From NCBI GenBank assembly GCA_040772485.1, contig JAXGYC010000009.1:192001-256000 (forward strand): a stretch of 64,000 nt of DNA. The letters are read 5' to 3'. Origin of the DNA: Sedimentisphaerales bacterium. Its GTDB lineage: Bacteria > Planctomycetota > Phycisphaerae > Sedimentisphaerales > Anaerobacaceae. The translations under genes were made by a program, and so were the position numbers. The notes under the pieces are model-generated. The model saw nothing but the letters and a program-made list of their open reading frames with translations, did not search any database and had not been told where the DNA came from. Shown here in pieces: positions 37,124-47,011 of this stretch. How positions within the stretch are numbered: the stretch's first letter is position 1; each line of letters begins with the position of its first letter.

Positions 37124-38620
37124 TTATTTGTCCCAATCCCGCACCCTGTCCACGGCCTTGTGCCAGTTCTTCAAAAGCTCGGTGCGCATCTGGGGCGCCA
37201 AGTGCGACTCGAACTGGGCCCCCTTCTTCCAGATCCTTCGAATCTCGGCCAAGTCCTTCCAGTACCCGACCGCCAGGCCCGCGAAGAACGCCGCGCCCAT
37301 CGCGGTGGTCTCCAGCGTCTGGGGCCGGACGACTTTCACCCCCGTCAGTCCCGCCTGGAACTCCATCAGGCGGTTGTTGACCGATGCGCCGCCGTCGACG
37401 CGAAGCTCGGCGATCGGGATGCCCGCGTCGTCGGCCATCGCGTCCAGAACGTCCTTGGTCTGGAAGGCGATCGACTCGACGCAGGCCCTCGCGATGTGGG
37501 CGCTGGTCGTTCCCCGCGTGATGCCGAAGATAGCGCCCCGGGCGTATTGGTCCCAGTAGGGGGCCCCGAGTCCGGCGAACGCCGGAACCATGTACACGCC
37601 GCCGTTGTTCTCGACGGAGTTGGCCAGCGTTTCGACCTGCTCGGATTTGTCGATGCAGTGCAGTCCGTCACGAAGCCATTGCACGACCGCGCCGGCGATG
37701 AAGATGCTTCCCTCCAGAGCATAAGTCACCTGGTCGCCCAGCTTCCAGGCGATGGTCGTCAGCAGGTTGTTCTTGGATCGCCTGGCCTTCTGCCCCGTGT
37801 TCATCATGATGAAGCAGCCGGTCCCGTAGGTGTTCTTGATCATCCCCTCTTCCGTGCACATCTGGCCGAACATGGCGGCCTGCTGGTCGCCCGCGATGCC
37901 GGCGATGGGGACATTGGGGGCGGGAAACGTGGTCGCGGTCACGCCGACCGCCTCGCTGCAGCTCTTGACCTCGGGAAGCATCGACGACGGGACGCCAAAC
38001 AGCTCGCACAGCTCGTCGTCCCACCTCTGATCGTGGATGTTGAACAGCAGCGTCCGGCTGGCGTTCGAGATGTCGGTGGCGTGCACAGCGCCGTTGGTCA
38101 GCTTCCACACCAGCCATGAGTCGACGGTGCCAAAGGCCAACTCTCCCGCCTGGGCCCGTTGTCGGGCCCCGGGGATGTGATCGAGAATCCAACGCACCTT
38201 CGTCGCGGAGAAATAGGCGTCGATGACCAGCCCGGTCTTCTGCTGAATCAGTTCGGAGTGGCCCGCGGCCCGCAGCTCGTCGCAGAACGCCGAGGTCCGG
38301 CGGTCCTGCCAGACGATGGCGTTGTGAATCGGCTCGCCGGTGCGGCGGTCCCAGACGAGGGCGGTCTCGCGCTGATTGGTGATTCCGATGGCGGCGATGT
38401 CCCCGCCGCCGAGGTTCAGCCTGGCCATGGCCTCGGCCGCGACGCTGGCCTGACTCGACCAGATCTCATTTGGATCATGTTCGACCCAGCCGCTTTTGGG
38501 GAAGATCTGCTGGAACTCCTTCTGGGCCACCGAGCAGATCTTGCCCTGCCGGTCCACGATCAACGCGCGGGAGCTGGTGGTTCCCTGATCGAGCGCCAGA
38601 ATGTACTTCGCTTCAGCCAT
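37124..38620 (-). CDS. glpK: Glycerol kinase
   Basis: [52 protein letters not shown]. Confidence 0.97.
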   Translation of the reverse strand: MAEAKYILALDQGTTSSRALIVDRQGKICSVAQKEFQQIFPKSGWVEHDPNEIWSSQASVAAEAMARLNLGGGDIAAIGITNQRETALVWDRRTGEPIHNAIVWQDRRTSAFCDELRAAGHSELIQQKTGLVIDAYFSATKVRWILDHIPGARQRAQAGELAFGTVDSWLVWKLTNGAVHATDISNASRTLLFNIHDQRWDDELCELFGVPSSMLPEVKSCSEAVGVTATTFPAPNVPIAGIAGDQQAAMFGQMCTEEGMIKNTYGTGCFIMMNTGQKARRSKNNLLTTIAWKLGDQVTYALEGSIFIAGAVVQWLRDGLHCIDKSEQVETLANSVENNGGVYMVPAFAGLGAPYWDQYARGAIFGITRGTTSAHIARACVESIAFQTKDVLDAMADDAGIPIAELRVDGGASVNNRLMEFQAGLTGVKVVRPQTLETTAMGAAFFAGLAVGYWKDLAEIRRIWKKGAQFESHLAPQMRTELLKNWHKAVDRVRDWDK

Positions 38621-38826
38621 GTAGCACCCTTCTTTTTTGTCGATGTACATGTGAATCCCGATGTGCATCGGGATTACGGCCAGCACGACCCCTTCCGAAA
38701 GACCAAAGTAAACCACGTGCCCTGTTCCCTGTCAAACATCGCTTCACTCATATTGTGCCCGCGAAGGCGCCTCAGGCCGGGGATCAGTGTTCATCTCACC
38801 GATTGCATCGGGTATACTCACAGGCT

Positions 38827-38881
38827 GTTCGTGGTCTGCCCGTCAGGGCATACGGCGGGGGCGAACTGCGCTTCACCCCTG
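38827..38881. repeat. Adjacent REP-like palindromes (family A plus family B), intergenic
   Basis: GTTCGTGGTCTGCCCGTCAGGGCATAC (22/27 match to 40032-40058) followed by GGGGCGAACTGCGCTTCACCCC. Confidence 0.6.
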
Positions 38882-38925
38882 GAAGCCGGTAGACGCATAA
38901 CACGAATCGGGAGGTCGTTCGATTT

Positions 38926-39894
38926 ATGGAACGAGTTCGATTGGGACGAAGCGGGCTGTCGGTGTCGCCGGTTGCCTTCGGCACGTGGCAGTTGAGTCCC
39001 CGTTTCTGGGGCGAGGTGGACAAGAAGCAGATACTTGCGGCGGTCCGGCTGGCGTTCGACAAAGGGATCAACTTCTTCGACACGGCTGATGCCTATGGCG
39101 ATGGGTACGGCGAGAGCACGCTGGGCGAGGCGATCCGCGATCTTCCGCGGGGCGAGATCGTCGTCTGCACGAAGGTGTACAACCACTTCAACCCGGACGG
39201 CTCGCGGTATCCCGATCTCAGCCGGGAGCACCTGATCGAACGGTGCGAGGCGTCGCTGAAGCGTCTGGGCGTCGAGAGGATCGATCTGTACCTCCTGCAC
39301 TTCTACGACCTGATGACTCCGCTGGAGGAGGTGGCCGGCGTGCTCGACCAGTTGCGCGAACAAGGCAAGGTGCGCGCGATCGGCGTGAGCAATCACGGCG
39401 TCGAACAGGTGCGGGCCCAGCGGCGCTTCGGACCCTACGACGTGGTGCAGCCTCCGTACAGTCTGATCGACCCGGCCGGCGAGGACGACCTGTTGCCCTA
39501 TTGCCAGGGGCAGGACCTCGGCGTGATGATCTATTCACCGATGCACAAGGGATTGCTCACGGGCAAGTACCGTGGCGACGAGATGTTCGCGGATTTTCGC
39601 AAACACCATCCGGATTTTCAGGGGCAGCGATTCCGCGATCTGTGCCGGGCGGTCCAGTCGCTGTCGCCGATGGCCCGGCGGTATGGATTGACGCTGTACC
39701 AGTTGATTCTGGCGGCCACGCTGATGCACCCGGCGATCCACGTGGCGGTCTGCGGGTTCAAAAGCCCCGATCAGGTCGCCGAAGCCGCCGGCGCGATGGG
39801 TCGGCAGATCGAGCGGCCGGACGTATTCGCCATCCGCAAGACGCTCGGCCCCGCCGGGGCCAAGGTCATCGACGCCAGCGGCACCCGAAAGTAG
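38926..39894 (+). CDS. Aldo/keto reductase
   Basis: FFDTADAYG, CTK, IDLYLLH, GKVRAIGVSN, YSPM.KGLLTGK. Confidence 0.93.
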   Translation: MERVRLGRSGLSVSPVAFGTWQLSPRFWGEVDKKQILAAVRLAFDKGINFFDTADAYGDGYGESTLGEAIRDLPRGEIVVCTKVYNHFNPDGSRYPDLSREHLIERCEASLKRLGVERIDLYLLHFYDLMTPLEEVAGVLDQLREQGKVRAIGVSNHGVEQVRAQRRFGPYDVVQPPYSLIDPAGEDDLLPYCQGQDLGVMIYSPMHKGLLTGKYRGDEMFADFRKHHPDFQGQRFRDLCRAVQSLSPMARRYGLTLYQLILAATLMHPAIHVAVCGFKSPDQVAEAAGAMGRQIERPDVFAIRKTLGPAGAKVIDASGTRK

Positions 39895-39917
39895 GGGCGA
39901 ATCATCATTCGTCCCTG
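39891..39917. repeat. GTAG-type REP (family B) overlapping the AKR stop codon
   Basis: GTAGGGGCGAATCATCATTCGTCCCTG, near-identical to 42341-42368. Confidence 0.7.
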
Positions 39918-39959
39918 TCTCGATATGCGCCGAGATGGACCCGTATCTGGAGGGACACA

Positions 39960-42143
39960 ATGACCGACACATTGACATCGATGATCGTTGCCACCGCGCT
40001 GCTGATCGCGACTGTCGGGTCGTCAAACGCTGTTTGTAGTGTGCCTGTGAGGGCATACCCTGAGGATAACGCCTTACGACGTCACTACAAGCTCGACCGC
40101 CATGCCCTGGTGACACGGCACAATGTCACGCTGACGCGCCCGGACGCGCTGACTGGGCTGAGTGTCGGCAACGGCCAGTTCGCCTTCACCGCCGACATCA
40201 CCGGCCTTCAGACCTTCCCCGAGTACCACGAGCGAGGTACGCCGCTGTGCACGCAGTCGCAATGGGGCTGGCACACCTGTCCGCCTGCGGCAGACTACCG
40301 GCTGGCCGATGCGCTGGAGGAGTACGACGTGGCCGGACGCAAGGTGCCCTATGCCTCCGGCGCCGCTCGTTCCGGCGGCTATTTGCCGGCCGCAGAGTGG
40401 CTGCGCGCCAATCCGCATCGCCTGCACCTCGGCAGGATCGGGCTGCTTCTGGCGAAATCGAATGGCTCGGCCGCAAGCGTCGAGGACCTGACCGAGACGT
40501 CGCAGACTCTCGACCTGTGGTCCGGGCTGCTGGCCAGCGAGTTCGAGGTTGAGGGCCAGCCCGTTCAAGTCTTGACGGTGTGCCATCCGACGCGTGACAT
40601 CCTGGCGATTCGCATCGAATCTCCCCTCGTCGAACAGGGGCGGCTGCGAATCTTGCTGGCGTTTCCTTACGGCAATCCTGATTGGCGTAACGCCGCCGAC
40701 TGGGGCCATCCCGACCGCCATACGACGCAGGCTCAAATCGCCGGCTCTCGAGCCGACCTGACGCGAACCCTCGACGCGGACCGCTATTACGTCCGCATGG
40801 TGGGATCGGAGGGGACCCGAATCCGCCGCACCTCGCAGCACGAGTACGAAATGGATCGGCCGGAAAGAGATTCGATGGAGGTGGTGTTCGCCTTCTCGCC
40901 CGAGTCGGTCTCAGAGTCTGTGTCCGGCTTCGAAGCGGTTCGGACCGCCGCACGCGACCATTGGGAGCAATTCTGGCGCAGCGGCGGAGCGATTGATTTC
41001 TCCGAGTGCACCGACCCGCGCGCCGCCGAACTGGAGCGGAGGGTCGTGCTCTCGCAATACCTCATGGCGGTCAACTGCTCGGGCGACCGGCCGCCGCAGG
41101 AGACCGGCCTGGTCTACAACAGTTGGTTCGGCAAGTTTCACCTGGAGATGCACTGGTGGCACGCGGTGCACTTCGCGCTGTGGGACCGGTTGCCGTTGCT
41201 GGAGCGGAGCCTGTCGTGGTATCAGTCGATCCTGCCGGCGGCGCGGGCGACGGCGCAGCTTCAGGGCTATGACGGGGTTCGCTGGCCCAAGATGGCCTCG
41301 CCCGATGGACGCGACAGCCCGAGCAGCGTGGGCGTGTTCCTGATCTGGCAGCAGCCGCACCCGATCTACTACGCCGAGCTGTGCTACCGCGCTCGCGGCG
41401 ACCGCGCGACCCTCGAGCGATATCGTGACATCGTGTTCGAGACCGCCGCCTTCATGGCGTCGTATCCGGTGTGGGACGAGACCGGTCATCGCTACGTGTT
41501 GGGACCGGCCATGATTCCGGCCCAGGAAAGCTATGGACGCTATCGCCGGAGCACGCTGAACCCGACCTTCGAGCTGGCCTACTGGCACTGGGCCCTGGAG
41601 ACGGCGCAGAAGTGGCGCGAGCGGCTCGGCCTGGAGCGCGACGCTCGATGGGACCGCGTGATCGGCCATCTATCGCGTCCGACCATCCGCGACGGCGTCT
41701 ATGCGGCAATCGAAACCGAACCGTACACGATCTTCCAGGATCACCCGTCGATGCTGTGTGCTCTGGGCCTCCTGCCGCAAACGCCTCTGATTGATCCGGC
41801 GGTGATGCGGCGGACGCTCGATCGTGTGATGGCCGAGTGGGACTGGCCCAGCACGTGGGGCTGGGACTATCCTGTCATGGCGATGACCGCCGCCCGCCTG
41901 GGCGAGCCGGCCAGGGCGATCGATGCGCTGTTCGTCGACGCCGAGAAGAACCGCTATCTCGCCAATGGACACAATTATCAATCGCCTCGCCTGCCCGTTT
42001 ACCTGCCGGGCAACGGGGGACTGCTCGCGGCGGTGGCGATGATGGCCGCGGGGTGGGATGGCTGCCCCGACCGTCCGAATCCCGGCTTCCCGGACGACGG
42101 CACGTGGCGCATCCGCTGGGAGGGGCTGCGGCGGATGCCTTGA
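39960..42143 (+). CDS. Secreted (alpha/alpha)6-barrel glycoside hydrolase, GH65/GH95-like
   Basis: Signal peptide; LSVGNGQFAFTADITGLQT; PPQETGL..NSWFGKFHLEM; WGWDYP; YLPGNGGLL. Confidence 0.75.
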   Translation: MTDTLTSMIVATALLIATVGSSNAVCSVPVRAYPEDNALRRHYKLDRHALVTRHNVTLTRPDALTGLSVGNGQFAFTADITGLQTFPEYHERGTPLCTQSQWGWHTCPPAADYRLADALEEYDVAGRKVPYASGAARSGGYLPAAEWLRANPHRLHLGRIGLLLAKSNGSAASVEDLTETSQTLDLWSGLLASEFEVEGQPVQVLTVCHPTRDILAIRIESPLVEQGRLRILLAFPYGNPDWRNAADWGHPDRHTTQAQIAGSRADLTRTLDADRYYVRMVGSEGTRIRRTSQHEYEMDRPERDSMEVVFAFSPESVSESVSGFEAVRTAARDHWEQFWRSGGAIDFSECTDPRAAELERRVVLSQYLMAVNCSGDRPPQETGLVYNSWFGKFHLEMHWWHAVHFALWDRLPLLERSLSWYQSILPAARATAQLQGYDGVRWPKMASPDGRDSPSSVGVFLIWQQPHPIYYAELCYRARGDRATLERYRDIVFETAAFMASYPVWDETGHRYVLGPAMIPAQESYGRYRRSTLNPTFELAYWHWALETAQKWRERLGLERDARWDRVIGHLSRPTIRDGVYAAIETEPYTIFQDHPSMLCALGLLPQTPLIDPAVMRRTLDRVMAEWDWPSTWGWDYPVMAMTAARLGEPARAIDALFVDAEKNRYLANGHNYQSPRLPVYLPGNGGLLAAVAMMAAGWDGCPDRPNPGFPDDGTWRIRWEGLRRMP

Positions 42144-42210
42144 CCGGCGGGAGGGCATCGGGTATCTCAGGGCAGGACAACACCTCGGCACGAAAAAGGA
42201 GAACACGGCC

Positions 42211-45114
42211 ATGGGAAGCACACGCGTTTGCAGTGGCCCACCTGCGGCGGGCTACGTTCAGTTCCTTGCAGTGGTTCTGGGGATGTGTGCCTATGCGGGC
42301 ACACTACAAACGGCGGTCTGCGCCGGCGCTCCAGCGCGAGGCAGGGGCGAATCATCATTCGCCCTTACAGCGGATTGGCGGTTCGCCAAGGGCGAGCAGG
42401 CCGAGAATGTCACGCAGTTGGATTTCGACGATTCGGCCTGGCAGGCGGTGCGCCTGCCGCATGACTGGGCGATTGCCGGACCGTTCAACCCCAGCGAGAA
42501 TGGCTACGCGGGCAAGCTGCCCTGGCGCGGGGTGGGGTGGTATCGCAAGACGTTCCGGCTCGACGAGGCCGATCAGGGCCGGCGGGTGTATCTCGACTTC
42601 GACGGCGTGATGGCCTTCCCGAAGGTGTACGTCAACGGGCAACTGGCCGGCGAATGGGATTACGGCTACATGTCGTTTCGCGTCGATGCCACGCCGTACG
42701 TGAAGTCTGGCCAGATGAACGTCATCGCGGTCCAGGCCGACACGCGCCAGCACGGCACGCGGTGGTATCCCGGCGCGGGGATCTACCGCAAGGTGACGAT
42801 GACGGTCTGCGAGCCGGTGCATCTGGCGCACTGGGGCACGTACGTGACCACGCCGCAGGTGACGGACGAATCGGCCATGGTTCGCGTGCGATCGACGGTG
42901 GACAATCACACGGATGTCGAATCCAAAGTGGCGATTGAGGTTATCTTGCTCGACCCAAAGGGCAAATCGGTTGCCTCCGGCAGGAGAGAAACCGACGTGC
43001 CGGCCGGCGGCGCGACCGAGGTGGATCAGACGTTCACGATCAAGAACCCGCAACGATGGGACGTCGACCATCCGCACCTGTACGCCGTCAAGACGATCGT
43101 CCGCGCCGAGAACGCGGTCACCGATATGGAAGACACGACGTTCGGCATTCGGACGTTCGAATTCACAGCCGACGACGGGTTCCATCTGAACGGTCGGCGG
43201 CTCCAGCTCTACGGCGCTTGCCTGCACCACGACCACGGGCCGCTCGGCGCCGCCTTCTATCCGCGGGCCATGGAGCGCCAACTGGAGATCATGCGCGAGA
43301 TGGGCGTCAACGCCATCCGCACCAGTCACAATCCACCGGCGCCGGAGTTGCTGTCGTTGTGCGACCGAATGGGGTTCGTCGTCTGGGACGAGGCCTTTGA
43401 CAAGTGGGACGGGACCGCCGGCCGGCAGCGCGGCGAGCCGCCGTTGGAGGAATTCGGCGAGAGGCAGATCCGCAACATGGTGATGCGCGACCGGAACAGC
43501 CCGAGCGTGGTGGTCTGGTCCATTGGCAACGAGATCGGCGCCGGCCGCGAGGGTGTGACGCCGGAGCGCGTGAAGTTCATGAGCGACTTCGTGCGCAAAT
43601 ACGATCCGACGCGTCCGGTGGGGATGGGTTGTCACATCCCGGGCATGGTCGACCAACCCAACTTCGATGCGCTGGACCTGACCGGCTGGAACTACTCTCG
43701 GAGATACGCCAACTACCGCCAGAAGTATCCCGACAAACCCATCGTCTACAGCGAATCGGCATCCGCGCTCAGCACGCGGGGCTTCTACGATTTCCCCCTG
43801 CCCACGACCAAGACCGACTATGCAGACGGCGCGTTGCAGGTCTGCTCTTACGACCTGAATGCGGCCGCCTGGTCGGATATCCCCGACGCCGAGTTCAAGC
43901 TCATGGCCGACGACCGTTTCGTCGCCGGCGAGTTCGTGTGGACCGGATTCGATTATCTCGGCGAGCCGACGCCGTTCAGCCAGGAGGCGCGCAGTTCCTA
44001 TTTCGGCGTGGTCGATCTGTGCGGCATGCCGAAGGACCGATTCTACCTGTATCGTAGCTACTGGCGACCGGAGACGACCACCGTACATATCCTGCCGCAC
44101 TGGAACTGGCCCGGCCGCGTCGGGCAGCTCGTCCCGGTGTTCGTGTATACCAACGGCGACTCGGCCGAGCTGTTTCTCAACGGCAAGTCGCTCGGACGCC
44201 GACAGAAAGGCGTGATCCCGGAACGACCGGTCAACTTCGCCAAGGGCAGGGTGGCGACCGCCAGCAGCAGCCAGACCGACCACACGCCGGATAGCGCCAA
44301 CGACGGTGCCCCAGACAGCCGCTGGACGGCTGCTTCCGGCCAGGCCGAGCAATGGTGGCAGGTCGATCTCGGGCAGGTCCAATCCATCAAATACCTCGCG
44401 ATCGAATTTGAACGCGAGGAAAAGCTGTACGGCTACGAGATCAAGGTCTCGTCCGATGCGTCCGACTGGGAGACGATCCTGACCAAACCGACCAGCCGCG
44501 AGCCGCGCTGGGGTGGGCCGAAGCAGATCTTCCACAGCGTGGACACGCAGGCCCGCTACGTGCGGATCGAGTTTCACGAGTTGCGCGAGAATGCGTGGGC
44601 CGCCGTCGCCGAGTTTGCCGTCTACCCCGAGTACTGCGAATCGGATTACTACGATGTCACTTACGCGTATCGTCTGCGCTGGAACGACGTCGTGTACGAG
44701 CCGGGTGAGCTGAAGGCCGTGGCGTACAAGGCGGGCAAAAAGATCGGCGAAGCGGTCATGCGCACCGCGAGCGAGCCGGCCAGGCTCCGCCTGACACCCG
44801 ACCGAACCCGATTGACCGCCACGGGCGAGGACCTGGCGTACATCCTGGTCGAGGCGCTCGACGGCAAGGGGACGCTTTGCCCTCTGGCCGATAACCTCGT
44901 TCAGTTTGAGATCAGCGGCCCGGCTGAAATCGCCGGCATTGGCAACGGAAACCCGCTTTCGCTCGAACCGTTCCAGGACGACAGTCACAAGCTGTTCCAC
45001 GGCAAGGCCATGCTGATCCTCCGCACGCTCGAAGGGCAGCTTGGCCGGATTCGTGTCACTGCCCGCGCCGAAGGCCTCAAAGACGGCCGAGCGCAGCTAC
45101 AGGCTCGACGCTGA
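42211..45114 (+). CDS. GH2 glycoside hydrolase (beta-galactosidase-like) with inserted F5/8 type C (CBM32-like) module
   Basis: LPHDW, FDGVM, GAGIYR, NAIRTSHNP, WSIGNE, WTGFDYLGE; WWQVDLG...ARYVRI discoidin module. Confidence 0.93.
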   Translation: MGSTRVCSGPPAAGYVQFLAVVLGMCAYAGTLQTAVCAGAPARGRGESSFALTADWRFAKGEQAENVTQLDFDDSAWQAVRLPHDWAIAGPFNPSENGYAGKLPWRGVGWYRKTFRLDEADQGRRVYLDFDGVMAFPKVYVNGQLAGEWDYGYMSFRVDATPYVKSGQMNVIAVQADTRQHGTRWYPGAGIYRKVTMTVCEPVHLAHWGTYVTTPQVTDESAMVRVRSTVDNHTDVESKVAIEVILLDPKGKSVASGRRETDVPAGGATEVDQTFTIKNPQRWDVDHPHLYAVKTIVRAENAVTDMEDTTFGIRTFEFTADDGFHLNGRRLQLYGACLHHDHGPLGAAFYPRAMERQLEIMREMGVNAIRTSHNPPAPELLSLCDRMGFVVWDEAFDKWDGTAGRQRGEPPLEEFGERQIRNMVMRDRNSPSVVVWSIGNEIGAGREGVTPERVKFMSDFVRKYDPTRPVGMGCHIPGMVDQPNFDALDLTGWNYSRRYANYRQKYPDKPIVYSESASALSTRGFYDFPLPTTKTDYADGALQVCSYDLNAAAWSDIPDAEFKLMADDRFVAGEFVWTGFDYLGEPTPFSQEARSSYFGVVDLCGMPKDRFYLYRSYWRPETTTVHILPHWNWPGRVGQLVPVFVYTNGDSAELFLNGKSLGRRQKGVIPERPVNFAKGRVATASSSQTDHTPDSANDGAPDSRWTAASGQAEQWWQVDLGQVQSIKYLAIEFEREEKLYGYEIKVSSDASDWETILTKPTSREPRWGGPKQIFHSVDTQARYVRIEFHELRENAWAAVAEFAVYPEYCESDYYDVTYAYRLRWNDVVYEPGELKAVAYKAGKKIGEAVMRTASEPARLRLTPDRTRLTATGEDLAYILVEALDGKGTLCPLADNLVQFEISGPAEIAGIGNGNPLSLEPFQDDSHKLFHGKAMLILRTLEGQLGRIRVTARAEGLKDGRAQLQARR

Positions 45115-45129
45115 GAAAAGGAGGATGTC

Positions 45130-46962
45130 ATGATGACGAATGCGAATCGCAGACGCCAGTTGGATTCCTTGGGAACAAGGGGGTGTGGACTCCTGGTCTT
45201 GTTGGCGCTGCCGCTTCTGACCGAGATCGCTCCGGCGCTGGAGCAGCCCGTCAAGATCACCTTCCAGGGCCGCGTGCCGGAGCACAAGTGGACACTGGAA
45301 CAGCTCGATCCGCAATGGCCCTCGGACTGGTCGTCGTACGATTATCTTGTCATCGAGATGAAGGCCTCCTCGCCTCAACGTTTCTCCCTGTGGATTCATA
45401 CCGCCGACGGGAAGCGCCGTGTGATGTTCCAGCCGCTCGGGCAGAACATCTGGCTGCGCGCCTCGGTCCCGCTCCAGTACTTCCGAGGCAGAGACCAGCG
45501 GGGCAACGACCTGGCTTCGGCCAACAATCGGCGCTGGGACTCGTTCTGGCTGTCGACTTGGGGTCCATTCGGCGACCTGAAGAACGTCGAGGCGCTCAGC
45601 GTGGTGATGGACTATCCTCTGAACGCCCCGACGCTGGAGATTCGGTCCGTCGAGCTGTCGAAAGAGGACAAAGGCTCGAAGTTCCTGGAACCTGAGCCTT
45701 ATGTCGACCAGTTCGGGCAATGGGCCCGGGGGAACTGGCCGCGCAGGATCGCCAGCCGCGAGCAGCTTCAGAAGGAACTGGAGCAGGAGCGCAGCGCGCT
45801 TGGTGGCAGCGACGAGTTCGGCTACTGCGAATACGGCGGCTACAAGGCCACACAGGCGAGAGCCACCGGCTTCTTCCGCGTCGAGCAGATCGACGGCAAG
45901 TGGTGGTTTGTGGACCCTCACGGCCATCTTTTCCTGTCGACCGGCTCGAATTGCATCAGCACCGGCGGGCGTCGCGGCGGCGATGAGGCTCCTGAGCCTG
46001 GACGCAATCTCGTCTCGCAGCGCATGAGCGCCTGGGGCTTCAACACCGTCGGCAACTGGTCGTGGTTTCGCGTTTCCGACGAGGTCGACCGCAAGGTATA
46101 TGTCGTGACGTTCCGAACCCCACGGGCGGAGCCGGCGTATCTGGGCATGCCCGACGTCTACTCGGAGGACTTTGCCCGCCGCGTGGATGAGGCGGCCCGT
46201 CAGCAGTGCGCCTCGCTTAAGGACGACCCCTGGCTGCTCGGTTACTTCATCGGCAACGAGCCGGCGTGGCCGGACCGCGAGAGCGAGGTCGTGGACCTGT
46301 TCCTTCATGGCCCGGACACCGCGACGAAAGCGAAGCTCCAGGCCTTTCTGGCCGCCGGCGATACGCCGCAACGCCGTGTGGAATTCGTCTATGGAATGTT
46401 CGAGAAATACCTTTCGCTGATCGGTGATGCGATCAAGCGATACGACGCGAACCATCTGAATCTGGGCATTCGGTTCGGCGGCTCGCCGCCGGAAGGCGTC
46501 ATGCGCCTCGGCAGGAGTTTCGACGTGTGCAGCATCAATGTGTACGAATACGAGCCGACGGCGCAGCTCAAACGCGTGTACGAAGCGACCGGCCGGCCGA
46601 TCATGATCGGCGAGTTCCACTTCGGTGTGCCGGCCGACGGGCTGGGCGCGGGCCTGGTCCAGACCGGTGGCCAGATCGAGCGGGGCAAAGGCTATCGCTA
46701 CTACGTCGAGCAGGCGGCGGCCCTGCCCTGTTTCGTGGGGGCGCACTGGTTCCAGTGGACCGATGAGCCGGTCCTCGGGCGTTTTGACGGCGAGAACTAC
46801 AACATCGGCCTGGTCGATGTCACGAATCGGCCCTACGTCGAGCTGATCGAGGCCGCCAAGGCCACGCACCGTCGTCTGCACGATGTCCACGCCGGCAAGG
46901 CGGCCCCTTTCGACGAGAGGCCCAAGGCCTCAGCGGCCGGCACGCCTCGGTCGCCTTGGTAG
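45130..46962 (+). CDS. GH50-like (beta-agarase-like, clan GH-A) glycoside hydrolase
   Basis: VDQFGQW, ATGFFRVEQIDGKWWFVDPHG, WGFNTVGNWS, GYFIGNE, IGEFHFG, VGAHWFQW, DGENYNIG. Confidence 0.8.
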   Translation: MMTNANRRRQLDSLGTRGCGLLVLLALPLLTEIAPALEQPVKITFQGRVPEHKWTLEQLDPQWPSDWSSYDYLVIEMKASSPQRFSLWIHTADGKRRVMFQPLGQNIWLRASVPLQYFRGRDQRGNDLASANNRRWDSFWLSTWGPFGDLKNVEALSVVMDYPLNAPTLEIRSVELSKEDKGSKFLEPEPYVDQFGQWARGNWPRRIASREQLQKELEQERSALGGSDEFGYCEYGGYKATQARATGFFRVEQIDGKWWFVDPHGHLFLSTGSNCISTGGRRGGDEAPEPGRNLVSQRMSAWGFNTVGNWSWFRVSDEVDRKVYVVTFRTPRAEPAYLGMPDVYSEDFARRVDEAARQQCASLKDDPWLLGYFIGNEPAWPDRESEVVDLFLHGPDTATKAKLQAFLAAGDTPQRRVEFVYGMFEKYLSLIGDAIKRYDANHLNLGIRFGGSPPEGVMRLGRSFDVCSINVYEYEPTAQLKRVYEATGRPIMIGEFHFGVPADGLGAGLVQTGGQIERGKGYRYYVEQAAALPCFVGAHWFQWTDEPVLGRFDGENYNIGLVDVTNRPYVELIEAAKATHRRLHDVHAGKAAPFDERPKASAAGTPRSPW

Positions 46963-47011
46963 CCGGCAGAGTTGAGCCTTCCGTTGCAGAGCGTTGGGGC
47001 CAGGTGAGTCC

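Noticed and set aside
39243..39959. N-terminal extensions of the GH65-like, GH2, PL11, GH97, nadB and ABC ATPase ORFs in the track
   Set aside because: They overlap upstream genes or repeats; downstream starts have an RBS, a signal peptide or ATGA coupling
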